From Octopus bimaculoides (Eukaryota), in the NCBI RefSeq assembly GCF_001194135.2, contig NC_068990.1, positions 17,335,718-17,399,717 of the forward strand: a stretch of 64,000 nucleotides of DNA, written 5' to 3'. Positions 27,501 through 41,889 of this stretch are shown here, piece by piece. The notes under the pieces are model-generated. The model was given only the letters and a program-made list of their open reading frames with translations. It had not been told where the DNA came from and searched no databases. A program made the translations under genes and the position numbers. The first letter of the stretch is position 1; every line of letters begins with the position of its first letter.

Positions 27501-30500
27501 TTATTATTATTATTAAGGCAATGAGATGGCAGAATTGTTGGTACATTGGAAAAAATGCTTAACAGCATTTCTTCCGCCACTTTATGTTCTGAGCTCAAAT
27601 CCCACAGAGGTCAGCTTTGCCTCTCATCCTTTTAGGGTCAAAAGAATATAGTACTAATTAAGCACTGACGTTAATGTAATCGACTTACCCTCTCCCCTAA
27701 AATTGCTGGCCTTTATTATTACTCTGGCTTTGTGCCAAAATTAAAAACCATTAACATTGTTGTTGTTGTTGTTGTTGTTATTTAAAATAACATCAATCAT
27801 TATGTAATTGGGAACACAGATACATAAAGTTTAAAATAGACACATGGCCATAAGAGAAAGAAGAGAGAGAGAGAGCTTATCAAAGATCTCTCAGTTTAAC
27901 TAATTTGTCAAAGAAAGAAAAACAAAGTTATTTTGTAACCTAAAATAATCTTTAATTTCAAGGAAGGCCATATCTTGATAGAGGAACACATTCATATTCC
28001 TGCCTTATGCACAGACTAAATATCAACAACAACAAAAAAAATTTAAAAAATTAAAATAAGACAAGAATTCTTTTGCTAGTTACATAGAATTTTACAGCGT
28101 ACAGGGTGGATGTAAAGTCAGTTACAGTTTTAATAAAAACAGCTCAATTTATATAATTCTTTTTTTGCAGACTTTTAGGATCAATCATGAATACGATGAA
28201 TACAGAAGACTGTGTAGCAATAGTCATCTTGCTGAATCATGTAAAATCTGCAAATAATAATTCTGTTTTTAGAGATTGTTGCCAGTGCCGCTAGACTGGC
28301 TTCTATGCAGGACATGAAACTTGGCTTGTGAAGACCTGTTGGGGCAAGCGAAAGTGAAATTGTGATGGCACCTGTACCCAGCGTCGCCTTCCTGGCACTT
28401 GTGCCGGTGGCATGTGTAAAGTCATTCAAACGAGATTGTGCCAGTGCCGCTGGACTGACTCCTGTGCAGGTGGCACGTAAAATGCACCATTTTGAGCGTG
28501 GCCGTTGCCAATACCACCTGACTGGCCTTCGTGCCGGTGGCACGTAAAAGCACCCACTACACTCTTGGAGTGGTTGGCGTTAGGAAGGGCATTCAGCTGT
28601 AGAAACTCTGCTAAATCAGATTGGAGCCTGGTGTAGCCATCCAGTTCACCAGTCCTCAGTCAAATCGTCCAACCCATGCTAGCATGGAAAGCGGATGTCA
28701 AACGATGATGATGATGATGCATAGATGTCTTTGAGAGACTCAGTCTATGTTCTGCTGCAGAACGAACAGATATCCATGAATTTTCTTTAATGATTTGACC
28801 CACAGAAGTCACAGTATTCTCTGACGTACTTTGGCACAAGTCCAGCAGTTTTTGAGGGGAGGGGAAAAGTCGATTACATCAACCCTTGTACTTAGCTGGT
28901 ACTTATTCTGTTGACCCTGACATGATGAAAGATAAAGACAACCTTAGCGGAATTTGAACTCAGAATGTAAAAATGAACGAAATGTTGCTAAACATTTTGC
29001 CTGAAGTAGTAATGATTCTGACAGCTCAACAACAACAACATCAAAAACAGCAGCACCACCACCACCGCTACTACTACTTAGAATTAGATTTTTTTTTATC
29101 AGATGCCCATCCTGTCACCAAACCTCACTTGTTTCTAAGCAAGGCAATATTTCCTCATGACCAGACATGTTCATGTAGAATACTGGAAATGAAGGAAAGG
29201 AGTAACACTGAGTGCATGAGAGTGGCACTCATTTACAAGTATCATATAACATCAAGCTAAAGTGCCATGCAGTGGGAATGAGGCTGAGACTATGGGGTTG
29301 GGAGACAAACATCTCAGCCACAGAGCCATATCTGCACCAATTTTACAAAAATTATTTGCTTAAATTAGAGCAGATATGAATCTTTCTTAAATCCCCCGCC
29401 CCATCTAAGAATATATTTATAGGTCAATATAATGTTTATAGGTCAGACTTCATCAATTTCTATAATTAAACCAAATCTGACATATTTATTCCAAGATTAG
29501 GTTAGCTTAATCGGGGATGTTATTCTATTAATGATGATTTTGACCCAGAAAAGACTTAGAACTGATTACCATTCTAAGGAATTACCAACTGAGATATCTC
29601 ATCAAAATTTAGTAAGGAAAACTGACTGAGGGTAAAGGAAATGATCCTAGATATATAAACAGCCAAATTACTCTGAACTTAGCACCATACAGGTTTCATG
29701 TTCGGGCCCCCATCTTGTATTGATACAGTCAAAGGTTATGTGGTTAGATGCAGGCAGTGCTGTCTGTTTAAGAAGTTCATTCTGCAAACACTTGATTTTA
29801 GGTTCTGTCCCACTGCATGGCACCTTGGGCAAGTATCTCTTACTAAAGCCCTGGGCCAAGAAAAGCCTTCTGAATGGATTTCGTAGATGGAAACTGAAAG
29901 AAGCTGATTTTGTGTGTGTGTGTGTGTGTGTGTGTGCATAACACAAAGAATCACACACACACACACACACACACAATACACAAGGATGTATAGACACCCA
30001 TGTACACACACACACACATGCACAAAAACAACACGCACATGTACACACATACGTATGTGTGAGTGCCTCTGCATGCATGTTTGTGATGCCTTGTCTTTTC
30101 TACTCTAGGCACAAGGCCCAACATTTTTGGGGTGGGGGCCAATCGATTAGATCAACCCCAGTTTGAAACTGGTACTTAATTTATCGACCCCCACCAAAAG
30201 GATGAAAGGCAAAGTCGACCTTGGCTGAATGTGACGCCTTGTTTTGTAAACGGATATCACCATCATACAAATGGAGCCTTTTGTTTCCAATCTTCTATGA
30301 AAAACATGTCTGCCTATGATAGAAATATTACCTTACATGGGAACAAGTATGGAGCATCCAGCCATAGAAAATCTGCATCAATGAATTTCATCTGATCCAT
30401 GTAAGCATGGTCAGTAGTGACACCAGTGGCATGGCATTACCACCATCATCATTTTAATGTCCCTCTTCCATGCTTGCATGGGTTGGGTGAAACTTGTTGA

Positions 30501-31509
30501 GGCAGATTTCTTGATCAGTTGCCTTTCTTGAAATAATCCTCACCTGTTTTCTAGCAATTATTTTCTAATGGCCAGGCTTTTCTTCATGGAAAATTGGGAA
30601 TGAACAACACTTTACAAGCAACATATGATGTCAAGACAAGGACAAACACACACACACACAACAGGCTTCTTTCAGTTTCTACCTACCAAATCCACTCGCA
30701 AGGCTTTGATCAACCTGAGGTTATAGTATAAGCCCAAGGTGCTGTGAACTGGGACTGAACTCAAAACCACATGGTTGGGAAGGAAACTTTTTAACTGCAC
30801 AGCCATGCTTGCACCAGTTTATTTGAAATACTGAATGAATAAGCATTCAATATTTGAATTTCTAACAAAATTTCCATTCAACATCTTAATATCCATTTCA
30901 GATTTTTGCGCTTTCCTAGATTTTAGAATTACAACAGCTGGTTTATCAATTTGAAATTTCATGCCAGAAGAATTGAAAAATACCATATTTGGCTGCATAA
31001 AAGACACATGGGCATATTAGAGCATCCCCATTTCAGCAGCATATATTCAAGAAAAAATGTTTTAGTGTATTATAACATGAATATTTAAAGCAATCTAAGC
31101 TCTACATTGCATATAGGACCAGGGGGTGATTTTTTTTTAGGTATTTTTGTAAGGAAAAAAGTGAATCTTTCACACCATCAGATATAGTAAATAAAATATA
31201 TATAAAAAAAGGAAAATATTGCTGTTTATTATCTTTTACCTGTTTTAGTCCAATAAATCAGCTGCAATAATTTTTTACTAATTATTTTGTTTCAGTCATT
31301 TGACTGCGACCATGCTGGAGCAGCACGTTTTAGTTGAACAAACCGACCCCAGGACTTATTCTTTGTAAACCTATTACTTATTCTATCGGTCTCTTTTGCC
31401 AAACCACTAAGTTACAGGGACGTAAACACACCAACATCGGTTGTCAAACGATGGGTGGGGGGACAAACACAGACACACATACAAATATCTACATGTGTAT
31501 ATATGTATG

Positions 31510-31542
<33 letters not shown>

Positions 31543-33261
31543 NNNNNNNNNNNNNNNNNNNNTATAAAACATGCTTCTTTCAGTTTCTGTCTACCAAATC
31601 CACTTACAAGGCTTTAGTTGGCCCAAGGCCATAGTAGAAGACACTTGCCCAAGGTGCCATGCAGTGGGACTGAACCTGGAACCATGTGGTTGGGAAGCAA
31701 GCTTCTTACCACACAGCCACTCCTGCACCTATTTTATTTTATTTTTTTAAGCCTGGTACTTATTCTAATTGGTCACTTATGTGGAACTGCTCAGTTACGA
31801 GGACATAAACAAACCACCACTGGTTGCCAATCAATATATACATATATATATATATATATATTTAAGCACAGGCATATATATGTGAACTGAATATGCCTAA
31901 CCACTGAGCCACACACCTTCACTCTCTTAACTGGAGAGAAAAGGAGTGAAGTGATAGAGATAGAGAAAAGAAAGCCTCAGTCATTTAAAAATGACAATTA
32001 GATTGAAATACGGTTGATCTTTTCTAGTTTCTTTACTTTTAACAATAAAGAAGAGGGAAAGAGATTTAGAAATGACTGGAAGGTTTCCATTCTGGGAGTT
32101 CGAGAAGGATCGAGTGTTAGTTCTCTCTTCTTTCCCTGACCCCTGGTTTTTATTTGCTTTGTCTGATACTTTTAGTTGGAAAGAAAGACTGTTTTTTTTT
32201 TCAGGCATGTTTAACATTTCCTCTACAAACTAAAAACAAGCCCCAATCCCTTGTTTTTTTTTTTTTCATACAAAAACTAATGCAAATTTTGAACGGGGTA
32301 TAGCTATACACAACAGACTTCTTTCAGTTTCCATTTGTTGAATCCACTCACAAGGTTTTGATTGGCCTGTGGTTATAGCAGAAGACACTTTCTCAAGGTA
32401 CCAAACAATGAGACAGAACCAAGAACCATGTGAATTGGAAGCAAACTTCTTATTACACAGCCACACTGGTGTCTTTTTGGTATTTTCCATCCAATTTTAT
32501 TTGTTTTTTATTTTCATTAATTAACTAAATTTCCTGTTGCTAATAGAAGCCTTTAATTTAAACTGAAAATGAAAGTAGTTTATAGTGTTTGAAGAAGAAA
32601 GCCTCTTACCTGGATATCTATCTCTCCCAAGAACACCGACAATAATATTCTGACCGTCCTGGAGGTAAAAGTAAATAAATAAATAAATACCAAAGAAAAT
32701 TATTTCTTTCGACAAAATATGAAATAAACTTTTGCTTTCTTACCCTGCCAGGGGCAGAGACATGGCCAAGTGGTTAAGAAGTTTGATTAGCAATCACATG
32801 GTTCCATGTTCCATCCCACTATAGGGCACCATGAATATGTACCATCTACTACAGTCTTTGTGAGGTTAAATTTGCTCAGCAGAAACTGTGAGGCAAATAT
32901 CCTATACATCCTTTTTTTTTTCTTTTCACTCTTTTACTTGTTTCAGTCATTTGACTGTGGCCATGCTGGAGCACTGACTTTAGTCGAGCAAATCGCCCCC
33001 AGGACTTATTCTTTGTAAGCCTACTACTTATTCTATTGGTCGCTTTTGCCGAACTGCTAAGTTACGGGGGACGTAAACACACCAGCATCGGTTGTCAAGC
33101 GATGTTGTGGGGACAAACACAGACACACAAACACAAACATACATAGATATATATACATATATATGACAGGCTTCTTTCAGATTCCGTCTACGAAATCCAC
33201 TCACAAGGCTTTGGTCGGCCTGAGGCTTTAGTAGAAGACACTTGCCCAAGGTGCCACGCAG

Positions 33262-33304
<43 letters not shown>

Positions 33305-36300
33305 CATACATACACAATGGACTTCTTTCAGTTTCCATCTACCAAATCCACTCACAAGGCTTTTGGTTGGCTCAACATCATTGTAGAAGACACTTGACCA
33401 AGGTGCCATAAAGTGAAACTAAACCCAAGACTAATGGTTGGGAAGCAAGCTTCTCTAGCCATACATCTGATGACGACGATGACAATGATAACAGCAATGA
33501 GAGCTATTCACAATTTCAATGTTGGTCAATCTTTTTTTGTTGTTGTTTGGTCTGAGGTAAAGAGTAGCCTCCATGAGTCCAGTGAGATCAACAGAGTTAA
33601 TATTCCTGTTCAATAGTTGTACTTACCTGGGTATATTTCACTGATGTTCCACCAGCTGTAATATTGTCTGATTTCATGAAAAGAAGTCTGCGATCTTTTG
33701 GATCATTGAATGTATTGACCACACAGAACCCTTTCATGTAAAGTGTTTTAAGATAACTATCATCAACCACAGAAGATTTCCAGCGATGTCCACATGTCTG
33801 CAATAAAATGAAGGTAAAATATCACATTTAGGAAAATAGTTACAGTCATAAAAGGAAGAAGTGGGTGTTATATTTAGGTAACAGATAGGTTTTGGCCATT
33901 ATTGGTTACACCTTGTCTCACTTGACAACACAATCTGGGATAATCTTTAAACCCTTTTGATACTAACACACCCAAATCATAGAAACAGCTCCTGTTCCTA
34001 TGATAGAAACAAATAGACAGCTGGAAATAGATAGCTGGAAAGCAGATGACAAATGTCTTGCTAAGTGATGCCAAGACACCTTTGGTCTTCCTGACAATTT
34101 TAGAGATGTGTCCAGCGAAAATTGCTGCAGACAGCAATGCCCGGGTCATGTTCACAAGAAAATTTCTTGATATTAGTGTTGTGGAGAGAGTATGTGCATG
34201 TTGGGTTTTTACTCCCAAAATGCATGGTGGTACACTTGCCACAGCCAGCTTGAGTTGCCAGTGCATGATCCATTGTTGCTTTGTGTCCAGGTCCAATTGC
34301 AGGAAAGATCTATAGTGTTCAATATCTGTCCTTGTCCTTTTTATCTCAAGGTACAGCTTGATGTCAACTGCATTTTTTTTCACTGTGGCATTCTTTAAGT
34401 TAGCATCTATGTCATTAATGTATGTAACAAACAAAAGGGAACCAAGAACAGATCTGTTACACAACAAACACACTACATGCCTTCACTTCCACACAGCATC
34501 CACTACACAATGACCACAAGCTTCCATAATACATCCATCACACAAAACTTTGTTTCCACATTGCACCAATCATACAACAGCCACATCTAAATAAATTGTC
34601 ATTTCCACTCTATACTCACTATACATGCCTTTATTTTCACACTGCACTTGCCACACAAGTCTTCATTTCCACATTAGAGCTACTGCACATCCACATTTCA
34701 ATTACCCTTCTTATCATTTCCACACTACATCTGTCACACAAGATTTCATTTCCACATTGCACTTGCCATACAACAGCTCCACAGAATTAGCCTTCTTTTC
34801 CACACAATGTACATTCCATGTACTTGCACACAATGAGCCCCACTTCAACACTACACAAGTCTACATTTCCACACAACAGCTACCACAGAACCAGTCTCCT
34901 TTTCCACTCTACATTTGCAACACAGCATGCCTTCACTATCACAATGAATAATTCCTCACATCCACACACAAACATGTATCCTGTCCTGCATTCCTGACTA
35001 CATTCCCACACAACAACCAATCAGTGCTTGATGGAAGGTACCGGATAGTCCCAGTCCAGTCCAGTCCAGTCCAGCCCAAACCAGAGCAGACCAAATGGAA
35101 ACTTGACATATATGGAAGCAAAGCTTAAAATTGCCTCTTGATATTCAAACTTGCACAACTGTAGACCATATTCCAGAGTTCCTTGAACAGAGCTGCCTAG
35201 GAAAATGCACTCAACCACACAAAAAATATATTCTATTATAGTAGAACCCAACTCAAGCTATATTATCAAGAATACAATTTGTAGTAGCAATGTTTTATTA
35301 ATTTATTTTATTAATTAATTTTATTTCAAGCATTCATTCATTGCCTCAGCTGAACTGCAATGCACTGTCCATGTTGGTGGGAGTCTAAACACAAATAGCT
35401 TATCAAATCAATAATTTGTTCTATATGAAAGCAATTTAGACAACAATCTCTTAACTCATACTGCTGCCGCCATTCCACTCACAACTACTACCACCACCAC
35501 CACCAAGATCATCACTGTAACCACCATCACAAAGACAATTGTAATATTCATATCATATCATATCATATATCACAACCACCATCATCATCATCATCATCAT
35601 CATCATCATGATACCGATAACCATCACCACCACCACCACCACCACCACTGTCACCACAAACTTTAACACCCACCCNNNNNNNNNNAACTACCATCTGCAC
35701 AACCACTACCATTACTACAACCATCATCACCAACGCAAGCATCACATAATGCATCCATTCTCCTGACTCTTCTGACTTTTAACATTAACAGAGCCCCAGG
35801 AAAACTGTCTGTATGCCTGTTTGCCTGCATACATGTTAATTATATATGTACATATAATTAATACCTAAGGTTTAGTTAGTTACACATAGTATCAATAATT
35901 TAACAAAACAAATATTTCATTGATGTCTTTCAAACACCACCATCATCATCATCATCATCATCNNNNNNNNNNATCATCATAATCACCACAACCACTGCTA
36001 ACACCATCACCACAATGAAAACCACCACCACCATCACAACCACCACTAGAACCACTAATACCCCAACTACCATCTGCACAACCACTACCATTACTACAAC
36101 CATCATCACCAACGCAAGCATCACATAATGCATCCATTCTCCTGACTCTTCTGACTTTTAACATTAACAGAGCCCCAGGAAAACTGTCTGTATGCCTGTT
36201 TGCCNNNNNNNNNNNNNNNNNNNNNNNNNNNNNNGCATACATGTTAATTATATATGTACATATAATTAATACCTAAGGTTTAGTTAGTTACACATAGTAT

Positions 36301-36348
36301 CAATAATTTAACAAAACAAATATTTCATTGATGTCTTTCAAACACCAC

Positions 36349-36383
<35 letters not shown>

Positions 36384-38293
36384 ATGTTATTAACATTACC
36401 GCCACCGCCACCACCAATTCACATCATTGCCACCAAACAATAATCTCTCCACAGAACTTAATTAACCTAATTACAATTAGGTGGATTTTGAGCAATTGCA
36501 AGGTCTAATTATTGTCTTTGAGTAATACACAAAGCTGTGACAATGATGGAGTATAAACTAGTAGCCCCTTGGTTGCAGCAGGTAGATACCCATTCAGTTT
36601 TGCCCCACTGCAACTATCACAAAAGTATATCAGCAAGGTATTAGCAACAGGATTGTTATTATTGTCCTCCTCCTCCTCCTCCTCCTCATCATCATCATCA
36701 TTTCCATGGTCCCTTTTGCATGTTTGTATGGACCAGATGGAAATCAATGCGGCAGATTTTCTAAGGCTGGATGCCCTTCCTGGCACCAACCCTCACTTGT
36801 TTTCAATCCGTTTACCACACTTTCAAGGCACACACACAACACTTCTAATGCACTTCCATACACACCAACACTTCCAATGCACATCCCACACTTCTGTGCA
36901 CACACTGCATTCTTTCACTCAACGACTTGCATTGCATGTTTGCACAAAGAGCAAATACATCTTCTGCATGAATCAGCTGATACCTTTAACCCTTTCGTTA
37001 CCAACCCGGCTGAAACCACCTCTGGCTTTGTAGTACAAATGACTTGTTTTCACAAGTTTGAATTAAAATCTTGCACAAAATCTTAGTCACAATTTATGTT
37101 CGTAACACTAACTTAATGATAACTAAGTTATTTTACTAAATTCTTTGTTATGTTTAAAATTAATTGAAAGAAACACAGAGCATCTCAAAATAAATACAAT
37201 AACAAAAGGGTTAAAGTCACCATGATATTTTCAACCCTTTCGATACCAACCCGGCTGAAACCAGCTCTGGCTTTGTAGTAGAAATGTCTTGTTTTCATAA
37301 GTTTTGAATTAAAATCTTCCACCAAACCTTAGTCACAACACTAGCTGAATGATAACTAAGATATTTTACTAAATTCTTTGTTATATTTAAAGCAAAAATA
37401 AATACAGTAATGAAAGGGTTAATGCAAGGAACATTACATATTCAACGTACTATGCTCAACTCCTCCCCCTTTCTCTCCAGTCTCAGCAAACCTCTATTTG
37501 GTGCATAAGTTTCACAACTCTGCAGCATCTCACTTCTGACATTAAAAAGTAAATCTTTTTCTCTCGTTATCAATTATAATTCAGGAAAATCAAACTCGTT
37601 ATAAGGTTAAACTCTTACCACAAACTCTTCCTTATGTGGATTGATGTCTATACTCACTCCAAGCCAGGCATTGCTTACATTCTGAATGTCTTCATCTATA
37701 GAGGATTCTGTAATGATAATTAACATCATATTGTATAAAATATATATATCCATTATAAAATCATAGTGTGTGTATGTGTGTATGTGCATGTATGTGCACA
37801 TGTGTGCATACGCATAGCTGGGCAGTTGGTTAGTTCACTTCCTAATCACATGGTTTCAGGTTTAGTCACACTGCATTGTACCATGGACAAGTGCCTTCTA
37901 CTATAGTCCTGAGGAAATGCATGGCTACCCCACATTATGTAAGAGAGAAAAAGAGAAGCTGGAAAGAAGACAAAGATGCAGTTGACAAGGTGCCAGGGTA
38001 TGGAGGTAAGAAAGAGAGAATGATAGAAACATCTCAAAAAGAATAGGGTGGCAAACAGCAACCCATAGATAAATCAGAAAGTAAGGAGATTTATGCACAG
38101 GGTGGTGGGGTACGAGATGTACATACATACATTCATATATACATATATATGTGGCAGTGTGGTAAGAAATTTGCTTGCAACCATATAATTCCGAGTTCAG
38201 TCCCACAGTATGGCACCATGTCTTCTACAATAGCTTCTGGCCAACCAAAGCCTTGTGAGTAGATTTAGTAGACAGAAATTGGAATAAACCTGT

Positions 38294-38331
<38 letters not shown>

Positions 38332-38530
38332 CGCGCGTGTGTGCATGTGTGTGTATGTTTGTCCCCTACCAGTGTTGGTGTGTTTACATTCCCGTTACTT
38401 AGCGGTTCAGCAAAAGATACTGATAGAATAAGTACTAGGCTTAAAATAATAAAAGTAAAATAAGTACCGGGGTTGATTTGGTAGACTAAAACTCAACTAA
38501 TGTTCAAGGTGGTGCCAGCATGGCCACAGT

Positions 38531-38610
<80 letters not shown>

Positions 38611-39129
38611 AGGCATTAATTGATATTATTTATAGATCCCAAAACCATAGACATATAAATCTGGTACATAATTTTGTCAACCTCAGAGGGATAAAAGGGC
38701 AAAATTGACCTTGCCACGATTTGAACTCAAAATGTAAAGATCTTGGAAAGATTACTGCAAAGCACTTTATCACTGCTCTAACAATTCTGCCAACTTGCAT
38801 CAACCTTGGAAGACCGAAAGCAAATCCAGTTCTTACTAGATTTCAGTGTCTAGGAGAAAGAAACTAATTTAAGTTAGGCATTTAATCCAGAATTCTGCCA
38901 TTGCTGTCATTCTTCTGCCCTTGCTAGTAATTAATAATATCAGTTTTCTGAGGAACTGGCTTGATGTTTAATATCCAATAGATCAAAAGAGTTCTCTTAA
39001 TGTCATTAAATACATATTAGGAATTCTAGTCACAGATTTAAAAGGTTCAAGTAAAATGTTACCGCATGTAGTTTCTTTCGAAGTTGAAAGGTGAAAATAA
39101 TCCAACTTTGATTAATTCAAGATTGATTA

Positions 39130-39167
<38 letters not shown>

Positions 39168-39400
39168 ACAATAATAATAATAATAATTCTTTCAGATACA
39201 GGTACAAGGCCTGAAATTTTTTGGGGATGGGGCAAGTTTGATCATATCAACCTCAGTACTTGACTGGCACTTAATTTATTGACCCCAGAAGGGTAATAAA
39301 AAGCAAAGTCAACCTCAGCAGAATTTGAACTCAGAACATGGACAAAATGCCACAAAGCATTTTACCCAGCATGCTAACGATTCTGCCAGCTTGCCAACTT

Positions 39401-39447
<47 letters not shown>

Positions 39448-40790
39448 TAATGATAATAAATAATAATAACTGGGTGACTGCTTGCACTAAGGTCATGTCC
39501 CTGCGTGGATGACAAGTGGATGAATGCTACTATGCCTCAAGGATACCTTGAAAGGGAATTTGGCATCAAATTTCTAACCTATAATCTCTTTACCACTAAT
39601 GTGGAAGCTTATGGCCAGTGTCTTGGTGGAAGAGTTATAGAACCATCTGGAAAGTAACAATCTACTTCCAGGAGAACAGAAGGGATGCAGGAAACAAAGT
39701 AGGGCAACGAAAGATCACTTATTAGTTGATAAAATGATAATTAGAAATTATAGACGCAGGTTGACGGGGCTGAATGTAACATGGCTAGATTACAAAAAAG
39801 TACATGACATGGTACCACACAGTTGGACAAGTAAAACAATGAGAATGCTTTGAACAGCAAGAAACATCAAGAAAATGCTTAATGAAAGTATGAAACATTG
39901 GAAAACTGAATTGATTGGAGGAAAACAAAAACGCAGAAAAGTGAGCATCAGACATGGAATATTCCAAGGTGATAACTTATTTCCATTACTATTTTTATTG
40001 ACCATGACACCACTCACTATGATACGATGAAAAGTTAGAATTGCTTATGATTTGGGAAAAAGGAAATGGTCAGATAAATCATCTTCTTTTTATGGATGAT
40101 ATAAAGGTTTATGCAAAAAATGAGAAACAGCTCGAAAGTCTTGTACATACTATCCACATTTTCTCAAATGACGATGGTATGGAATTTGGTATAGAAAAGA
40201 GTGAAACAAGGAAGATTTGAAAGAGGCCAAGGAATTGAAATGCCAATAGCTGGATCTGAAACCAGAACAAATATCACAAGGTATTTTGTTCAGCAGTCTA
40301 ATTATTCAACCAGCTAAAACTCAGAAACACATGACAAGCTAAAATTTAATACAAGACGGTTGTTAAATTACTAATTATACTCGTAAGCACTCAACACTAA
40401 TTAACTTTTTGCTATAATCTAAAACAACAACAGCAACAAAAAAATTCATAAAAGTTCTTAAATTATTGAAACTTGATCATAGCAATGACTCCATCCATAA
40501 AACTAGTAACAAGATGTGGTAGAAGTAAATGAGATGAAATTCTGGCTTTTAAGGGATTAAAGGAGCCACCCCTGTCTCTTATCTTTTATCTATTACTTGT
40601 TTCAGTTATTAGACTGCGACCATGCTGGGGCACAGCCTTGAAGGATTTTCCATCAAATGAATCAAATCCAGTGCCTATTTGTTTTTTAAAAGCCTGCTCC
40701 TTATTCTATCAGTCTCTTTTGCAAAACTGCTAAGTTATGGGGACGTAAACACACCAACATAAGTTGTCAAGTGGTGGTGGATGACACAAT

Positions 40791-40829
<39 letters not shown>

Positions 40830-41805
40830 TCACATACAATAGACTTCTTTCAGTTTCTGTCTATCAAATCCACACAGAAGGATTTGGTCAGCCTGAGGCT
40901 AAAGTAAAAGGCACTTGCTCGAGGTGCAATGTAGTGGGACTGAACCTGGAATCATGAGGTTGGGAAGCAAACGTCTTATCACACAACCATGCCTCCCTCA
41001 TATTTATTAATCTGTTCTTATCATCATGTGTTACTCTTTTACTTGTTTCAGTGATTTGACTGTGGCCATGCTGGAGCACCACCTTTAGTCGAGCAAATCG
41101 ACCCCAGAACTTATTCTTTGTAAGCCTAGTACTTATTCTATCAGTCTCTTTTGCTGAACCGCTAAGTTATGGGGACGTAAACACACCAGCATCAGTTGTC
41201 AAGCGATGTGGGGGGGGGGGCAAACACAGACACACACACATATACATATATATATACATATACATATATATACGATGGGCTTCTTTCAGTTTCCGTCTAC
41301 CAAATCTATTCACAAGGCTTTGGTTGGCCTGAGGCTATAGTAGAAGTCACTTGCCCAAGGTGCCATGCAGTGGGACTGAACCCAGAATCATGTGGTTGGT
41401 AAGCAAGATACTTACCACACAGCCATTCCTGCACCTAATGTTCTCAACATTATTCATCTCTTCTCATCTTGTGAGGGTGTGTGACCAAGCAGTTAGAGTG
41501 TTGCAACCAGGATCTTATGATTATGGATCCCTGAACTGGATGGGAGCAAAACACTCCATTTCACACTGCTCCAGTCCACTCAGCTGCAAAGGTGTTCCAG
41601 TAACAGCTGGGTAGCTAGGCCTGCCATGAGGAGTGTTATGATATCAGTCACTCAAAAACCACAGAAATCAAGTTAAACTCCAGGTTTATGAGTCTTAGGG
41701 CTTTAATGTTTACTTTTCCATTCTTGCATGGATCAAATCACAAAGTAGAGGTTTTTCTACGGCAGGATGCCCTTCCTCTAGCCAACCTACACATGTTTCC
41801 AAGCA

Positions 41806-41889
<84 letters not shown>

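Noticed and set aside
28171-28240. Possible plus-strand exon (tttttttgcag...TFRINHEYDEYRRLCSNSHLAES...gtaaaa)
   Set aside because: It is isolated, has a weak donor, shows no recognisable homology and no partner exons were found.
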